Origin: Lama glama
Lineage: Eukaryota
Length of the DNA: 64,000 bases
Direction of reading: 5' to 3'
Assembly (NCBI GenBank): GCA_028534125.1
Contig: CM052818.1
Coordinates: 27,654,001-27,718,000 of the forward strand
A program made the position numbers and the translations under genes. The notes beneath the pieces are model-generated. The model saw only the letters and a list, made by a program, of their open reading frames with translations. It was not told the DNA's origin and made no database searches. This document shows, piece by piece, positions 11,895-24,375 of the stretch (within the stretch, counting starts at the first letter, position 1; every line of letters begins with the position of its first letter).

Positions 11895-14800
11895 TTAATT
11901 GTTTTTATCAGACATAGGAATAGGTTAATGGGGTTTTTGAACCTCTCATTTGGGAGAGTTTCAAGAGTAAAGATGTGGCTATTTTAAACTGGTATAAGTT
12001 AGTCTTGCACAAATGAAGAATGCCTCTAAATTCCCCTTTAGGCCTTTGGCTCTTATTCCATAAGGCTGAACATGCAAAACTTCAAGGAAAGAGTTTTAAG
12101 TTTTGCAGTGTACTTAGAGGATAAATTTGCCCTGTCTGAAAATATTGAATTTGCTAACTAGTTGATTTATTCAGAGGTCTCTGAATATTTTAGTATGCAA
12201 TCAATTGTACTTTTAATAAACCATAAACCATGTTTACTGCCTTATTTATTGAATTTAATCAAAATGACTTGGTGGCTAACTCGTATAGTGCTCTTGACAG
12301 GCCTCAGACATGGGGTCTAATTACTGGAGACAATAATACAGCAAGATAATAAGATGATTTTATTCTTGAAAAGTGGAACAAAACAGGGCCAAGCAGACAA
12401 TTTTTCGTTTGTTCGGGGGCAGAGCTGGCCTGGAAGACGGGAGGCCAACATTGTGAGAGCTTTCCCGTGGCTCTTCTGGTCTTTTAGCAGGTGCAAGTGA
12501 CACAAGATCCCTATTAAAGAACAGCCTTCCCAGCTCCTCACAGCCTCACTGCTGTGTTTGCCCAGAGGTGTAAATAGATTCAAAGGTCATCTGCCTCTTA
12601 ACATCCCACTTCTCTCCTTTTGGGGCCATTTCAGTTGAAGTTACAGGCATTAAGACGAGGCAGCTCCCCAGCTGACCTGAGAAAATCAAAAGAGCCCTTC
12701 TACTCCCTACAGAGCCTTTCACAGTCCTCTGAGTCTGAACACTCCAAATGATTTGATTATGTTTGGTTATAGTTGCAATATTGATGGGAGTCAGAGATGG
12801 CCTGAAAGGGTTGAACTGTGCTTGATGTCTCCTTGTAGTCACATAGATCAGAGTGTGTTATGTCCACATCACCTGCAGGGAAGAATCGCCGTCATCTTTC
12901 TAAAAACAAAATGTGCTGTGAAAACTTTTATAGACCTAAAGAGAGCTTTGAAAAAACGAGCTGGCACCATAATAATTTGGTTTTCATGAAGCAGTTTCCT
13001 TTGGTGAATAAACAGCCCTGTGTTTACACACAGAATGGAGATCATTGAAAATCCCTCTTTGGCTTTGACAAGTTCACTGAAAAATTGACAAGAGAAGCAT
13101 TTATTTTAGATAGTGCTGGCCAATCCAATAAAGATCCTGCTGAACTAAATTTTAAGGTTTTATTTCAAATACAATATGGACCTACAGACTGGGGAAGGGA
13201 AGTTGTTTTCAGTACTTTTTAATATTTACCCATCAAACGCCCATAGATGAATTGCTTTCTGAAATATATGAGCTTTGGGTTAGAGAGGACGCTAGCATGA
13301 AGGATCAGGTTGGTACTGGGTGGAGATCCCATTTTGTACTTGTTGTGAGCCCATCAGTAGCAGGGGAAATACACACCCTGGTGAACACCTGGCTCTGTTC
13401 TACTCCCACACTGCAAACACGCAATTCCACGTTCTAGAAAGAAGTTCAGTGAAGAGAAGCCATGTACTCTAGAGTGCGATAATTAAGTGACTCACAGCTT
13501 CTCCTTTTCTAGGAACTTAACCATATGTCTCATACCCACATCACTCACTCTCTCTGGAGAAGGAGTAGAAGACATAATGTGCCTCTGAACCTTGAGGTTT
13601 TCTATGAAAGTGTGAAACCGCCTCTCAGTCCAGACAGGCCTCTGTCTGCCTTTGGTGTGAATAGGAAAGGGAGACACAGGCAATATAACCCTGGGAAAAA
13701 TTAAGGCTACCCCCCCTCCAAAAAAATGTAGCGCTTTGCTAGATCTATACTTTCTGAGGAAAAGTAGAAGGATAAAATGGAAATGACTTTTATGTCATTT
13801 GATTCTGAAAACACATTTTATTTATGTTTACTAACTTCTGTAATAATACAATAACTTTGACATGACAGTTATATCGAATAGAAGCAAATGTGATTTAACT
13901 GAAATGGCACTGCACTAGCTTTGAACAAAGCAAACATTTGACAAAAGATAGAGGAAAGAGAAAATCTGTTTTTGTTGTCCCACATAAATCATAGCACATG
14001 GGAAACAGAAAATGCCTTTAGCAAGAAAAGTAATGAACTAATAAATGAAAAACAAATCCTCATCGAATTGCAAGATCTTTTATGAATACAAGTATTCCAA
14101 AACAGGAATTATATTTAAACTCTTCTTACTTCCTACAGTGCCTAACCTTTGGTGTGTATTCAATAAATACTTTTTTAATAAATAAAATGCATTCCAAAGT
14201 CTTAATGATGGTTTACTTGCTTAGGTGAACTTTTTCAGAACAAATTCCTTTCACTTGCCAGAAGGGCGATTGGGAATGAGATTACAGGGTGCAATGGAAC
14301 TGAGGTCAAACAAGGAGAGAGGGTCGGGGCAGTGATTGTACAGGACGCAAGGTGTTCTAGGAGGTTTGTTTTCTTGGTGACGGGGCTCAGGTCCAAGAAC
14401 CTCACGGTGTGAAACCAGAGAACCCTCAAAACCTGAGGCCCAGCAGCTCCAGCACACAGATGGTCCTTTGCACCCATTTCATCCTGAAGAGCCCTCTTCA
14501 ATCCCTGAGCTTTCTGATGGGAAAATCAGATTTGGCATCCTGCCCAATTACCAACCCTGAAAACAACTGAACTTCAGCACTGGCTTGGGAAAAATAAGAT
14601 TTCAAGGTCAAGGGGGAGTTTTCCAGCATGGTCCCCAAAACCATTAGCAATTTAAAAAAAAAAAAAACCTTTTCTCTGGCATTTAACTTTTATTGACTTT
14701 TATTCAACAGGACTTCATGAAAGTTAAAGATCCGGTAAAAACAAATTTGCCTGGGTGGAGTGAAAGCTGTGTTGTTCCGTTGCAGCCATGTGCATAAATG

Positions 14801-15194
14801 TTGCTTATGAGATGGTCTGCAGGTGTTATAAGGCAGGGTGTAAAAACACCTGAGGAGCTTTGAATTCGAGGAGTGGAGGAAGAACTCTGCGGGCTCCGAA
14901 AATCTGAAGCCTTCAAAGTTTTGCCCAAATCTCACTCAGAAGATAAGACAAATGAGGAGGAGGCGTTTATGGATCGTAGAGGCAGCAAAACAGAGCTTGT
15001 ATGCTACACTACACTCATGTGTCCGGATTTCTCAAAATCTCTGCTGCATTCACCAAGAGACAAGAGTGTGCTTTATTCTCCAGGTAGGTGCTTGTAAAAG
15101 AGAGAAAAGGCTCTTCATGTCTGTCTTCTGGCTACAGCCTCCCCTTCCGCGTTCCTTCTTTCCCCCTTTCTCTCCCTGTATCCTTTCCTGACTT

Positions 15195-15490
15195 TCATCC
15201 ATTCCTAAACATTTTCCAAGAACCTACTGTGAAGATGTTAGATAGTCTGAGATATATAGGACACAATCCCTGCCTTCATGGAAATAATGATGCAAATGAA
15301 CATTCAAATGAGGCCTGAATGTGTTATGCTCTTCATCTGCAGTGGGCTTGTAAAGGGAGCAGTTGAGGGAGTGGGAACACCTGCTGAAAGAGCTCTAACC
15401 TGAAGGATGGGCATAGGGACAGAGCAGGCAAGGGAGCAGCTGGACATTTTGTGTGTACAGGGTAGGGTATTCTTAACAAAGAAATGAAAA
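15195..15490 (-). mobile_element. L2 3' end remnant
   Basis: CATCCATTCCTAAACATTTTCCAAGAACCTACTGTG...AATCCCTGCCTTCATGG. Confidence 0.6.
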
Positions 15491-15594
15491 GAACCGCTAA
15501 GTTCATGACTCTGGCATCCTATATGGACTAGGAAGGCTTATGCTGAATATATTTCAAAGGAAAGAAATTCAATGTACAAGAGGAGACGCTAACT

Positions 15595-15760
15595 TTGTGT
15601 TGGGGCTTTGCAAATTTCATCTTCATTTTTTCAGCTGGTCCTCACAGTAACCCTAAGGCACACATTTTCCATATTTCTTTTCAGTTGTAGAAACTGAGGC
15701 TTAGGGAGAGATTCACACATTGTCTGAATTAAACTGTGACTGTAAACATACAGATCTCTC
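15595..15760 (-). mobile_element. MIR remnant
   Basis: TCCTCACAGTAACCCTAAGG...TTTCAGTTGTAGAAACTGAGGCTTAGGGAG. Confidence 0.7.
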
Positions 15761-15965
15761 CCTCACATTTCTTTGGGATTAGAGAGGTTACAAAAGATGA
15801 TAGGGGAACTTCAAAAACAGAAACAACCCCAAACCCAAATGAGATTAGACAAGGATCTCTTTTGTGTATCATCTCACAATGCTAGGACTATGATAGAAGT
15901 TCCTTTCTTATTTCTAGTGCTCTCTTGCTCACAACAAATCCCATTATAATAAAAGTTAGGCACTT

Positions 15966-16160
15966 CAGCACTATATATAAAAATGGATTTTAAAAAGTTT
16001 CTTTTGTATAGCACAGGGAACTATGTTCAATATCTTGTAATAACCTTTAATGGAAAAAATATGAAAATGAATCTATGTATATATATGCATGACTGGGACT
16101 CTGTGCTGTACACCAGAGTGTGACACACTGTAATTGACTATACTTCAATTTAAAAAAAAA
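15966..16160 (+). mobile_element. Young 5'-truncated lineage-specific L1 (3' UTR plus poly(A))
   Basis: TGTATAGCACAGGGAACTATGTTCAATATCTTGTAATAACC...GACTATACTTCAATTTAAAAAAAAA. TSD AAAGTTAGG(C/T)ACTT at 15952-15965 and 16168-16181 (13/14 match). Confidence 0.9.
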
Positions 16161-16959
16161 TTTTTTTAAAGTTAGGTACTTTAGGCACTTTACTCTAGTA
16201 TCTTTTAGAGTAGCCAAATAGTTAATTTTCCATGGCAAACTTCAAATTTATCTAAGTCCCAACCATACCAGAGCAGATTCAGATGTAACTAGATATCCCC
16301 CAAATTAAAAATAGGTTATAATCAATCTAAGAAACAGTTATGAACCCAATCTAAATCAAATTTCATACATGCATTTTACCAACAAATAAGTTGAATCATT
16401 TACTACTTTTCCAAATAGTTAATTGAATATTTTAGAAGAATTTCTAATTGCAGTGTCATTGTCTTCCATTTCTTAGTGCTTAGCCCTCTAATTTGAGGTC
16501 TACTGGAGGGCAACATTGGCAAATTAGAAACAAAATTGAAATCTACTGCTGAATAAATTGATATTTACTGCTACAAAAAATTAGTGGAATCATTTTAAAT
16601 GGTATGGAATCTATTAATTTTTTTCACTTCACTGGCTCCTTGTTTCTCTTTGATGGGAATGTAGTTGGAGATAATCCTCAGAAAAAGCAAGTCTGCTTTA
16701 ATGTACTCCCACACTGGCAGTAGGAGGAAAGTAATAGGGATGTTGCTGGGGAATCACAGGATCTTCCACAGTGGTGGGCCCTCCCCACTTCCCTGAATTT
16801 TGAACCAATGTGAGCTACAAACATTGTTGAGAGACTAACTCCATTTGAGCAGACTTTTAAAAATTGGATGATTGAAAGAAATGAACAAAGAGTAATTTTA
16901 CATTTAGGCCAGTAAAAAAAAAAAAAAATACAAGGATGAATTCATTGGTGTTGAATTAT

Positions 16960-18625
16960 TATTTAAATTTAAAGTTTCGAAAAAAATGAAGTCTTCAAAA
17001 CACCGTTAAGTGAATGAAAAGGCAAGCCACAGACTGGGAGGAAATATTTACAAATCACATATCTGATAAATATCCAGAAAGTCAAGAATATATATATTCA
17101 GAAGAAAAAAACTAAATAAAAAGAACAAAAAACAACCCAAGGCAAAGATCTGAATAGATACCTCTGCAAAGATGATATACAGATGGCAAGTAAGTGCACG
17201 AGAAGATGCCCAACATCATTTGTTGTTATGGAACTGCAAGTTAAAACAACCACTTTGCATAGTAGTACTGAATAAATATGTAAATAAATGAATGGTGAGA
17301 GCTACCGATGGAGTAGGAGGTTATAGATATGCAAAGAAGGAAGGCTAGAATAAGTCATTTAGTACTGGATTACAGGGAGATGCGTCCATATGGACTGATG
17401 TTTAGTTTCAGGTAGATACAGATGGCTAATTATAGAAACAATTACAGATGTGTGTATGTATGGGTTAGTGTACATACATACATTTCTAAGCTCTGTTTGC
17501 TGAGAAGGTCTGGCATAAATCACAGCCTAGCAGCAATGAGTACACCCAGAGTCCATGTATTGATTTCTAGTAACATTCTCCAATAAAAGGAGCCAGGGTT
17601 TCTTGGGGAAATGGCTAAATCTAGAGCGGGTGCAGTGAATACACACAAGATGAGCTTGGACCAGACTGTAGTACCAAAAAGAAAAAAAAAATTGCTCATT
17701 AAAAAAATATCTGATGGGAGTATTTCAAAGGGATGCAAGAAGCAACTGAAACAGCTTCCAATGGCTAAAACTGGAACAATTTGAGCAACAAAATAGGTAA
17801 CATGGTATTGGGTTATCACCCAAAATATAAAATAAATATCCATGAATCTGTTGATATAAATATTTGATTGAATAAATAAATGATGAGGAATAGACACAAA
17901 TATCCTGTGCAGAGTTCCAAATACTTCATGTAGCTACTTTACTCTCAAGAAGGTAAAGCATAACTCTGCTTCCTCTCCCAACCATCCCTTAAGGGTGGTC
18001 TAAACACAGTGAATTCCTTCTAAAGTGTACAGTATGAAAAGGGGAGAAGAGGAATAACTTGATGGCACAGGAAATTGAGAAACGCTACCTCTGCCATGCC
18101 ATCAAGCTTAGTGTCAAGAGTGGACAGTACGTACTCTGAATATGATGTGATAAAAATGGCACTTTACTTCTGTGCTCTTTCTTTCCAAAACTCATAACCC
18201 TAGTCTAACCATGACAAAAATAACAAACATAAATTGAGGGACATTCTACAAAATACCTGACTACTACCCCTCAAAGTCATCAAAAACAAGGAAAGTCTGA
18301 GAACTGCCACAGCACAGAAGAGCCTAAGTAGACATGACAGCCAAATACACTGTGGTTATTCTGGATAAGATTCTAGAATAGAAAAATTGTAATAGGTAAA
18401 AACTATATAAATCTGAAAAAAGTATGGATTTTAGTTAGTAACAATGCATCTGTATAAGTTTTGACATTTATTGTGACAAGTATACCACACTAATATAAGA
18501 TTTTGACAACAGAGGAAACTGGGTGCTGTGTACATGGGAACTTTCTGTACTATCTTTGCAACTTCACTGTAAATCTAAAACTGGCCTTAAGAAAGGCTTA
18601 TTTTTAAAAACAAACAAACAAAAAA
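16960..18625 (+). mobile_element. L1MC3/L1MD-type L1 (ORF2 3' remnant plus 3' UTR)
   Basis: GAAAAGGCAAGCCACAGACTGGGAGGAAATATTTACAAATCACATATCTGATAAA (ORF2), ending in GGGAACTTTCTGTACTATCTTTGCAACTT...TAAATCTAAAACT and an A-rich tail. Confidence 0.85.
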
Positions 18626-20844
18626 GAAGTCTGCATGTAAGTATAACCTGAAACTAGGACATAAAATGTTTAGGAAGTAATTGTGATAGTACCAAGTCAA
18701 AGGCAAAGGAAATATCAAGATGGAAAAGTATGGCAGGTCATAATTGTGGAATGACTATGGTCACTTTGGTTTTACATCTGCTTGAGAACATTCTATAAGT
18801 TTGAGGATTGTCTTTCATTTATGTGAAAACAGTTTTATTTTGATTTTTCCCACCATTTCTCTATTTCTAGTCCTTTTTTTACCTTACATATTCCAAAATT
18901 ATCTTTTCATTCTCATTTCCCCTTCATTTAAACAAATCTGTTCTGCAGGAAAACCGGTTTACTCACCATCTAAATATGCACCAAAAGGACCTTATGCTTA
19001 GTTTTTCTCCTCACTTGAGCACACTTTCCTCTTGCTGCTCTAGCCATCCACTCTGAAGTTCAAACCATTCAGCAGGAATACTTTGCTTTCCTCGATTTCC
19101 TCAGCTGAAAGAGATCTATCTTCTTCTAATCCACAAAGTTGCTCTATACGTCTCAAGCCAATCATACACTACTTTATATCATGGTGTTTTATATGTAGCT
19201 CCCTACTGGCTATTAAATACTTTGAGAGTAGAGCCCTGAGGTGTGCATCATTGCATTTCCCATGGCTCCCTTCAGAGATGCATACAGAAGGCTGATCTAG
19301 TGAATTTTATCAATGTTAGACAGTCATTTTCAATTAAGGGAAAAACTTGAGACCAAAATCAATTGGACTGAATTAAAAATAAAACTTTAATTATTCATTG
19401 CAGAAGTCATTTGCTAGAAAGGGACTTCTACATTTTCCCAACATCTGCTATTACTGGGGTTTCTCCACTTGCGGCTGATGATGCACTGAGTCAATGCAAG
19501 TCAGGTAATGCCTCTTGTGTGTGAGCCATTATTACAATAATTAATAACAATGGCAGCTCAGTTGATAGGAACTTGGCAATGTGTGTACCCTTATCTTCAA
19601 AGCTCCAAATGGTTTGGAATTTGGCTTTTTGTGAAACCATTTAATAGGAAAGCGTGTATTTAGAATTTGTTCCCAGCTCAAAGACTGACCCTTATCTCTG
19701 AAGTCCTTAATGAGAAAACACCTGACAAATTGACTGGCACACTCCACTCCTCCAAGTAATTTCCCTTCCTGTCAAATGAGTCTCTTGCAACCTCTACTTC
19801 TAACTCAGAAACTGCTGAATGATGAACAGTCTGAAGTCAATGTCTGAAGCTTCAGAAAGCTCTCTTCAAAAGATGATTTCACAAAGAAAAATTAACTTAT
19901 TGAAAAGGTGGAAAATCAATCCATCTTTTTTTTTATTATTGTGCCAATTAATTACTTGATGAGTTTGACCTGGCTAAATTGACTGACGAGTTTAGTACTT
20001 CATAGCTGCCCAAAAAAGAATCTTCATGAGGACTGCCATGGAGTTCTTTTGTTTAGGGAAACACAGTCCCACAGAACAGTATTGAGCATAAAGAATAAGC
20101 AAATGTATTATCACTATTCACACATTTTATCTGAGTCTATTCATAAAGCATCCTAGTTAGAATTTATTATTAATTTATGTATAAACAAATTAGTTTTGTT
20201 AAACTAAGCAAATATTCAATAAACACCTAAGGGAGTAGAATTAATACTGTGGCAAAAATGCAAAAGAAAATAGTTTGCCTTATTTCATTGAAAATAAACT
20301 AGAAAATAAAAGAAAGCATCTTCAAGTGAAAAGAATTCATCAAAATGGGGCTAGAGAAAGTATAATCACTGACTCCACTGTCCTTATCAAGAGAAATAAT
20401 TAGTAGCTTGTTACACCACAAAAATATTTCTATTGTGTGAGACAGTAATTTCAGAATAATATGGAAATTTGGAACATTTTATGTAACCTTTGAGTCATGT
20501 GTTCAAGAATATTATTTATGGAAATTACTCAAAATATATGTTTAAAGGCTTGAGAATTTAGGGATATCAAGAATTGATTATGTGAGATGTTACTCTTTCA
20601 AGAAACATGGCTGAAAAGAATGAGATCATGAAGAGAGTATGTAAATGGGATCACAGAGTAAAGGGAACTTAAAAAGAAACAGCCCACAGGAAACCTTGAT
20701 TATTTTAATAAGCTGAAGAACATGCCAGTAGTGAGGAAGAGACTGAGGATTAGGAGAGAAAAAGAGTAATTAATTGATCAGAGTGGGTCAAGAGCAAAGA
20801 CACAGAAGTTGCCCTGGAATAAAAGGATGATTCTTTTAAAAAAT

Positions 20845-21391
20845 TTTTATTTATTTATTTTTTAACTAATAGACTTAATTTTTTTAGAGCAGTTACAGGT
20901 TCACAGCAGAATTGAGCAGAAAATACAGAGAATTCGCACATAGCCCTCCCCACCCACACATATATACTCCCCTACCCTCAACATCCCTCACCAGTGTGGC
21001 ACATTTGGTACAATCATTGAGCCAATATGGACACATTATTATCAACCAAAGTTCATAGTTTACATTAGGGTTCACTCTTGATGTTGTATATTCTATGGGT
21101 TTTGACAAATGGATAATGACATGCAGCCACTATAGTATCATACAGAATAATTTCATTGCCCTAAAAATCCCTTGTGCTACATCTATTCATTCCCCCTCAC
21201 TCCCTCTCCCCACCCCCCTGGAAACCACGATCTTTTTATTGTTTCTGTAGCTGTGCCTTTTCCAGAATGTCATTTGGTTGGAATAGTACAGTTTGTAGCC
21301 TTTTCAGACTGGCTTCTCTCATTTAGTTACATGTCTTTTAAGTTTCTTTCATGTCTTTCATGGCTTGATAGCTCATTTCTCTTTTTTTTTT
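20845..21391 (-). mobile_element. L1MC1-like L1 3' end
   Basis: TAATAGACTT...TTTAGAGCAGTT.CAGGTTCACAGCA...CATAGTTTACATTAGGGTTCACTCTTG, clearly homologous to 34414-34930. Confidence 0.88.
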
Positions 21392-21499
21392 CACTGTACA
21401 TATATTTTAAAATTTACATATATGTACGATTCATTGTTTCTAAGAACGTTTAGAGCTTTAGCTTTTTAAACTTACATAGTTATCAAAGGAATAAAGCCA

Positions 21500-22195
21500 A
21501 CCACAAAATAAGAATCTGGGCTAGAGATATAAATGTGGGAATTAAATAGGTAATACAAAAAATGAATGTGATCATTAAAAGAGAGAGGGTAGGTAAGGAT
21601 ATGAAATACTCAGAGGACTGTATGTACAGACACTACTAAAAGGTTGCGACATGAGAGAAATCCAGCAAAGAGACTGAGGAAAATGTTATCCGAGAAAAAG
21701 GAGGAAAACCAAAAGAGTGATGTCACGTGAAGAATGTGTTTCGGGATGGAGGAGTGGCCAATTGAATCAAATATTGCTGAGGAGTAAAAGAAAATGAAGA
21801 TTGAGAACTGCCCACAGATTCCACAATGTGGAGGTGATAAGCGGCTGTGACAGAGCAGCCTGGCTGGCAATGGTTCAACAGAGAAGGGAGGAAATGAAAT
21901 GGATATATTTCAACATATCTTCTTAGTTTTTCTATCAAACAGAGCAGACATATAAAGACAGTTGGGGAAAAATGTGGGATCAAATATATTTTTTAACTTT
22001 TAATGTTTAAGGTGGAAACAGTTGCAGCCTCTTTGTAGGTTGGTGGAAAGTAACCAGCAGAGGAGACACTGATGGTGCAGGAAAGAGAGGGACAGTTGCT
22101 GGAGCACTGCTGAGACATAGGTGAGAGGAGAGGAGATACAGGCACAGGTGGAGAAGTTGCTCCTGGGAGCACAGTCCATCCACTGTTGCAACTCT
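21500..22195 (-). mobile_element. L2 LINE fragment (probably continuous with about 20570-20830)
   Basis: GGGCTAGAGATATAAATGTGGGAATTA...AAATATTGCTGAGGAGT...GAAGATTGAGAACTGCCCA. Confidence 0.7.
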
Positions 22196-22724
22196 AAAGT
22201 TATTCAGAGGCTAGCAAGATAGCTGACTGGTGGCAAAGACACTATTTATTCTGGATCTGCACATACCGAATACTGCTCAACATGGTGCAAATTCCAGTAA
22301 GTCATGGTTAATGACATTGAACGTGGAGACTATACAGTGGAAATTGCCCTTCTGCTGTCAAGGAGAACATGACTCAATAACTGAATGAGCAATGTTAAAC
22401 TGTGACAATTAAAAATCTGTGTGGTAACCTACAAAATGGATATTTAGTGTGACTCATTTTCAGAAGTGAGGATTCCTTTGTTGAAAACTGCAGTCTGTGT
22501 AATGGGGATTATTACCTCCTCCCAATCCTCATCTCTTCTACTGAAGGAAAAAAAATCTGCTTTTCATCCATACTGGTGTCCTCATTATATTTCATGGTTG
22601 TTTAAAATTTGTCCCTTATAGCTTACCTCTGTAAATAGGACCTGTTTTTGCAAACAGAAGGAAACTGTATGTTCTTTTACCTTTTTATCTTCAGAAAATA
22701 AGGTATGTTAGAGTGGAAAGAAAT

Positions 22725-22850
22725 CTGAAATGGGAATCAGGACACTGTGTTTCTTGTTCCAGCTCTGCCACTAACTCACTGGGAATTGGTTTCCTCTCTG
22801 GAAAATGAAGTCCAGAGGATCCGTAAAGTCCTTTCTGAATCCAAGTAATG
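22725..22850 (+). mobile_element. MIR remnant
   Basis: GGGAATCAGGACACTG.GTTTCTTGTTCCAGCTCTGCCACTAACTCACTG...TTTCCTCTCTGGAAAATG. Confidence 0.7.
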
Positions 22851-23754
22851 AAATCATAATAACAATCTAAATAATTCAGAAATTCACAGCTGATGCCCTT
22901 TATTTTTATATGCCCATAATATTCTATGTCAAGATAAGTCACATTTATATTGTTGAGAGGTTACCGATCACTCACGCATTAATATCTTACAGGGTTATTG
23001 TGAAGATTAAAAGAGAAAAATGTGAAATACCGTCAGTCATTAATAACACGTAGACACTGAAATATTACATCCATTACTATCATCCAGATCCCGCTTTTAC
23101 TATATGGCTTTTGGGACTTCAAATAAAGTCAGTAACCAAGGAATGCAAATGGGGAAGGAGGAGATTTTACTTGAAGAAAGCGTACAAATTGCCTTTTTAA
23201 CTTTTTTTGTTGTTGTTGAAAAATGGCCTTACGTTACTGCAGAAGGAAAAAAACATTAAGACCTAGGGAAAGGCATTGAGATAGGCATAAGGCTGGATGT
23301 ATTGGTATTAATTTGTCATTAACCATTATGTCTACATCAGAGAAGCATGGAAAGAAATATTATTGGGCTTCAGACAATGTTCAGCTTTATTTTAGAAACA
23401 AAACAAAAACTAAGTGAATTGAAAATTATAATTAATGTAATAGTTTTAAGGTTAAATCAACAATCTAACAATCCTAATCTATTATCATATTTTCACTTCC
23501 TTCCAAAGTTATTTCTTTTTGCATAATCTTCATTTTTTTTCTTTTGTATATATTCCTTTACTCATTCATAGGAAGAAATTTAATAATGGGCATCTACCTG
23601 GCAATCGGTATTTTTTCTTGTAACAAGAATTGTGCCTTCCTGCTGGATAAATTGATGGAATAGATATCAATATTAACAATAATAACATATTTTAAATTTG
23701 CATAGCGTTTAGCTTTTTCAGAGCAGCTTCACAGATATCTCACTTTATTCCAAC

Positions 23755-23905
23755 AATGCCACTTATTTGCCATATGACCAGGCAAGTCAGTCAACCTCTC
23801 TGTGCCACAGTTTCCTTAACTGAAAAATAGGGATCATATTAATACTTTGTTCAAACAGTTGTTGAAGATTGAATGAGTTAATCTATGTAAAACATATAGT
23901 AATCA
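23755..23905 (+). mobile_element. MIR remnant
   Basis: TGACCAGGCAAGTCAGTCAACCTCTCTGTGCCACAGTTTCCTTAACTGAAAAATAGGGAT. Confidence 0.8.
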
Positions 23906-24029
23906 TATTGCCATAGTTGTTTGTTATGATTACCGTTATGATTCTTATTCCCTCTTAGTGGTTTGGAGATTACAACTGTATTATGTCCTAGTGCCATTTT
24001 ACAGTAGTGCCAGTGATTGTTCAGCCTTA

Positions 24030-24375
24030 AGGGGTATAAACTCAAATGTCTAAAGGCATCCAGCAGTACTATAATGAATATGACATAACAGGGGCAATTG
24101 TGGCAAGCTGACTAGCTTTCACCTCTAAAGCCAGTGGCTCCTACTTAGCCCCAGGCAATGTCGCCACACAGGAATATAGTAATACAGTCCTAGTCTTGCC
24201 ACACTATCTAATTTCTCAAGAAGGTAGGAATTTAGATTTATTGCATCTCCTGACTTAAAAAGAAAAAAAAAGGTAGGTAAGTTATTTGATTTTTGGTAAA
24301 ATATGACATAATAGGCCTGACACATACAAGTCTATATGCAGGTTTAGGACCATGGTCAGCAGCTTCCTATGTGCT
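24030..24375 (-). mobile_element. MER102-like hAT-Charlie non-autonomous DNA transposon
   Basis: GGGGTATAAACTCAAATGTCTAAAGG...TCTTGCCACACTATCTAATTTCTCAAGA resembles the MER102 consensus as recalled. Confidence 0.6.

Noticed and set aside
14235..14501. Overlapping open frames on both strands as a coding exon
   Set aside because: No recognisable homology and no convincing paired splice sites. Locally higher GC explains the lack of stops.
15070..15090. Recursive splice site (polypyrimidine-CAG|GTAGGT)
   Set aside because: The pyrimidine tract is short, the donor does not match GTRAG, and no host gene is established.
9553..18625. Inverted L1MC3-type pair forming a large dsRNA or stem around the 12-15 kb island
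   Set aside because: The copies are ancient and visibly very diverged, and such pairs are common by chance.
21370..21400. L1MC1 copy 1 fades at the same CATTTCTTTTT tract where the SINE inserted in copy 2
   Set aside because: The T-tract is simply an L1-endonuclease-like, slippage-prone site. Two copies are not evidence of a mechanism.
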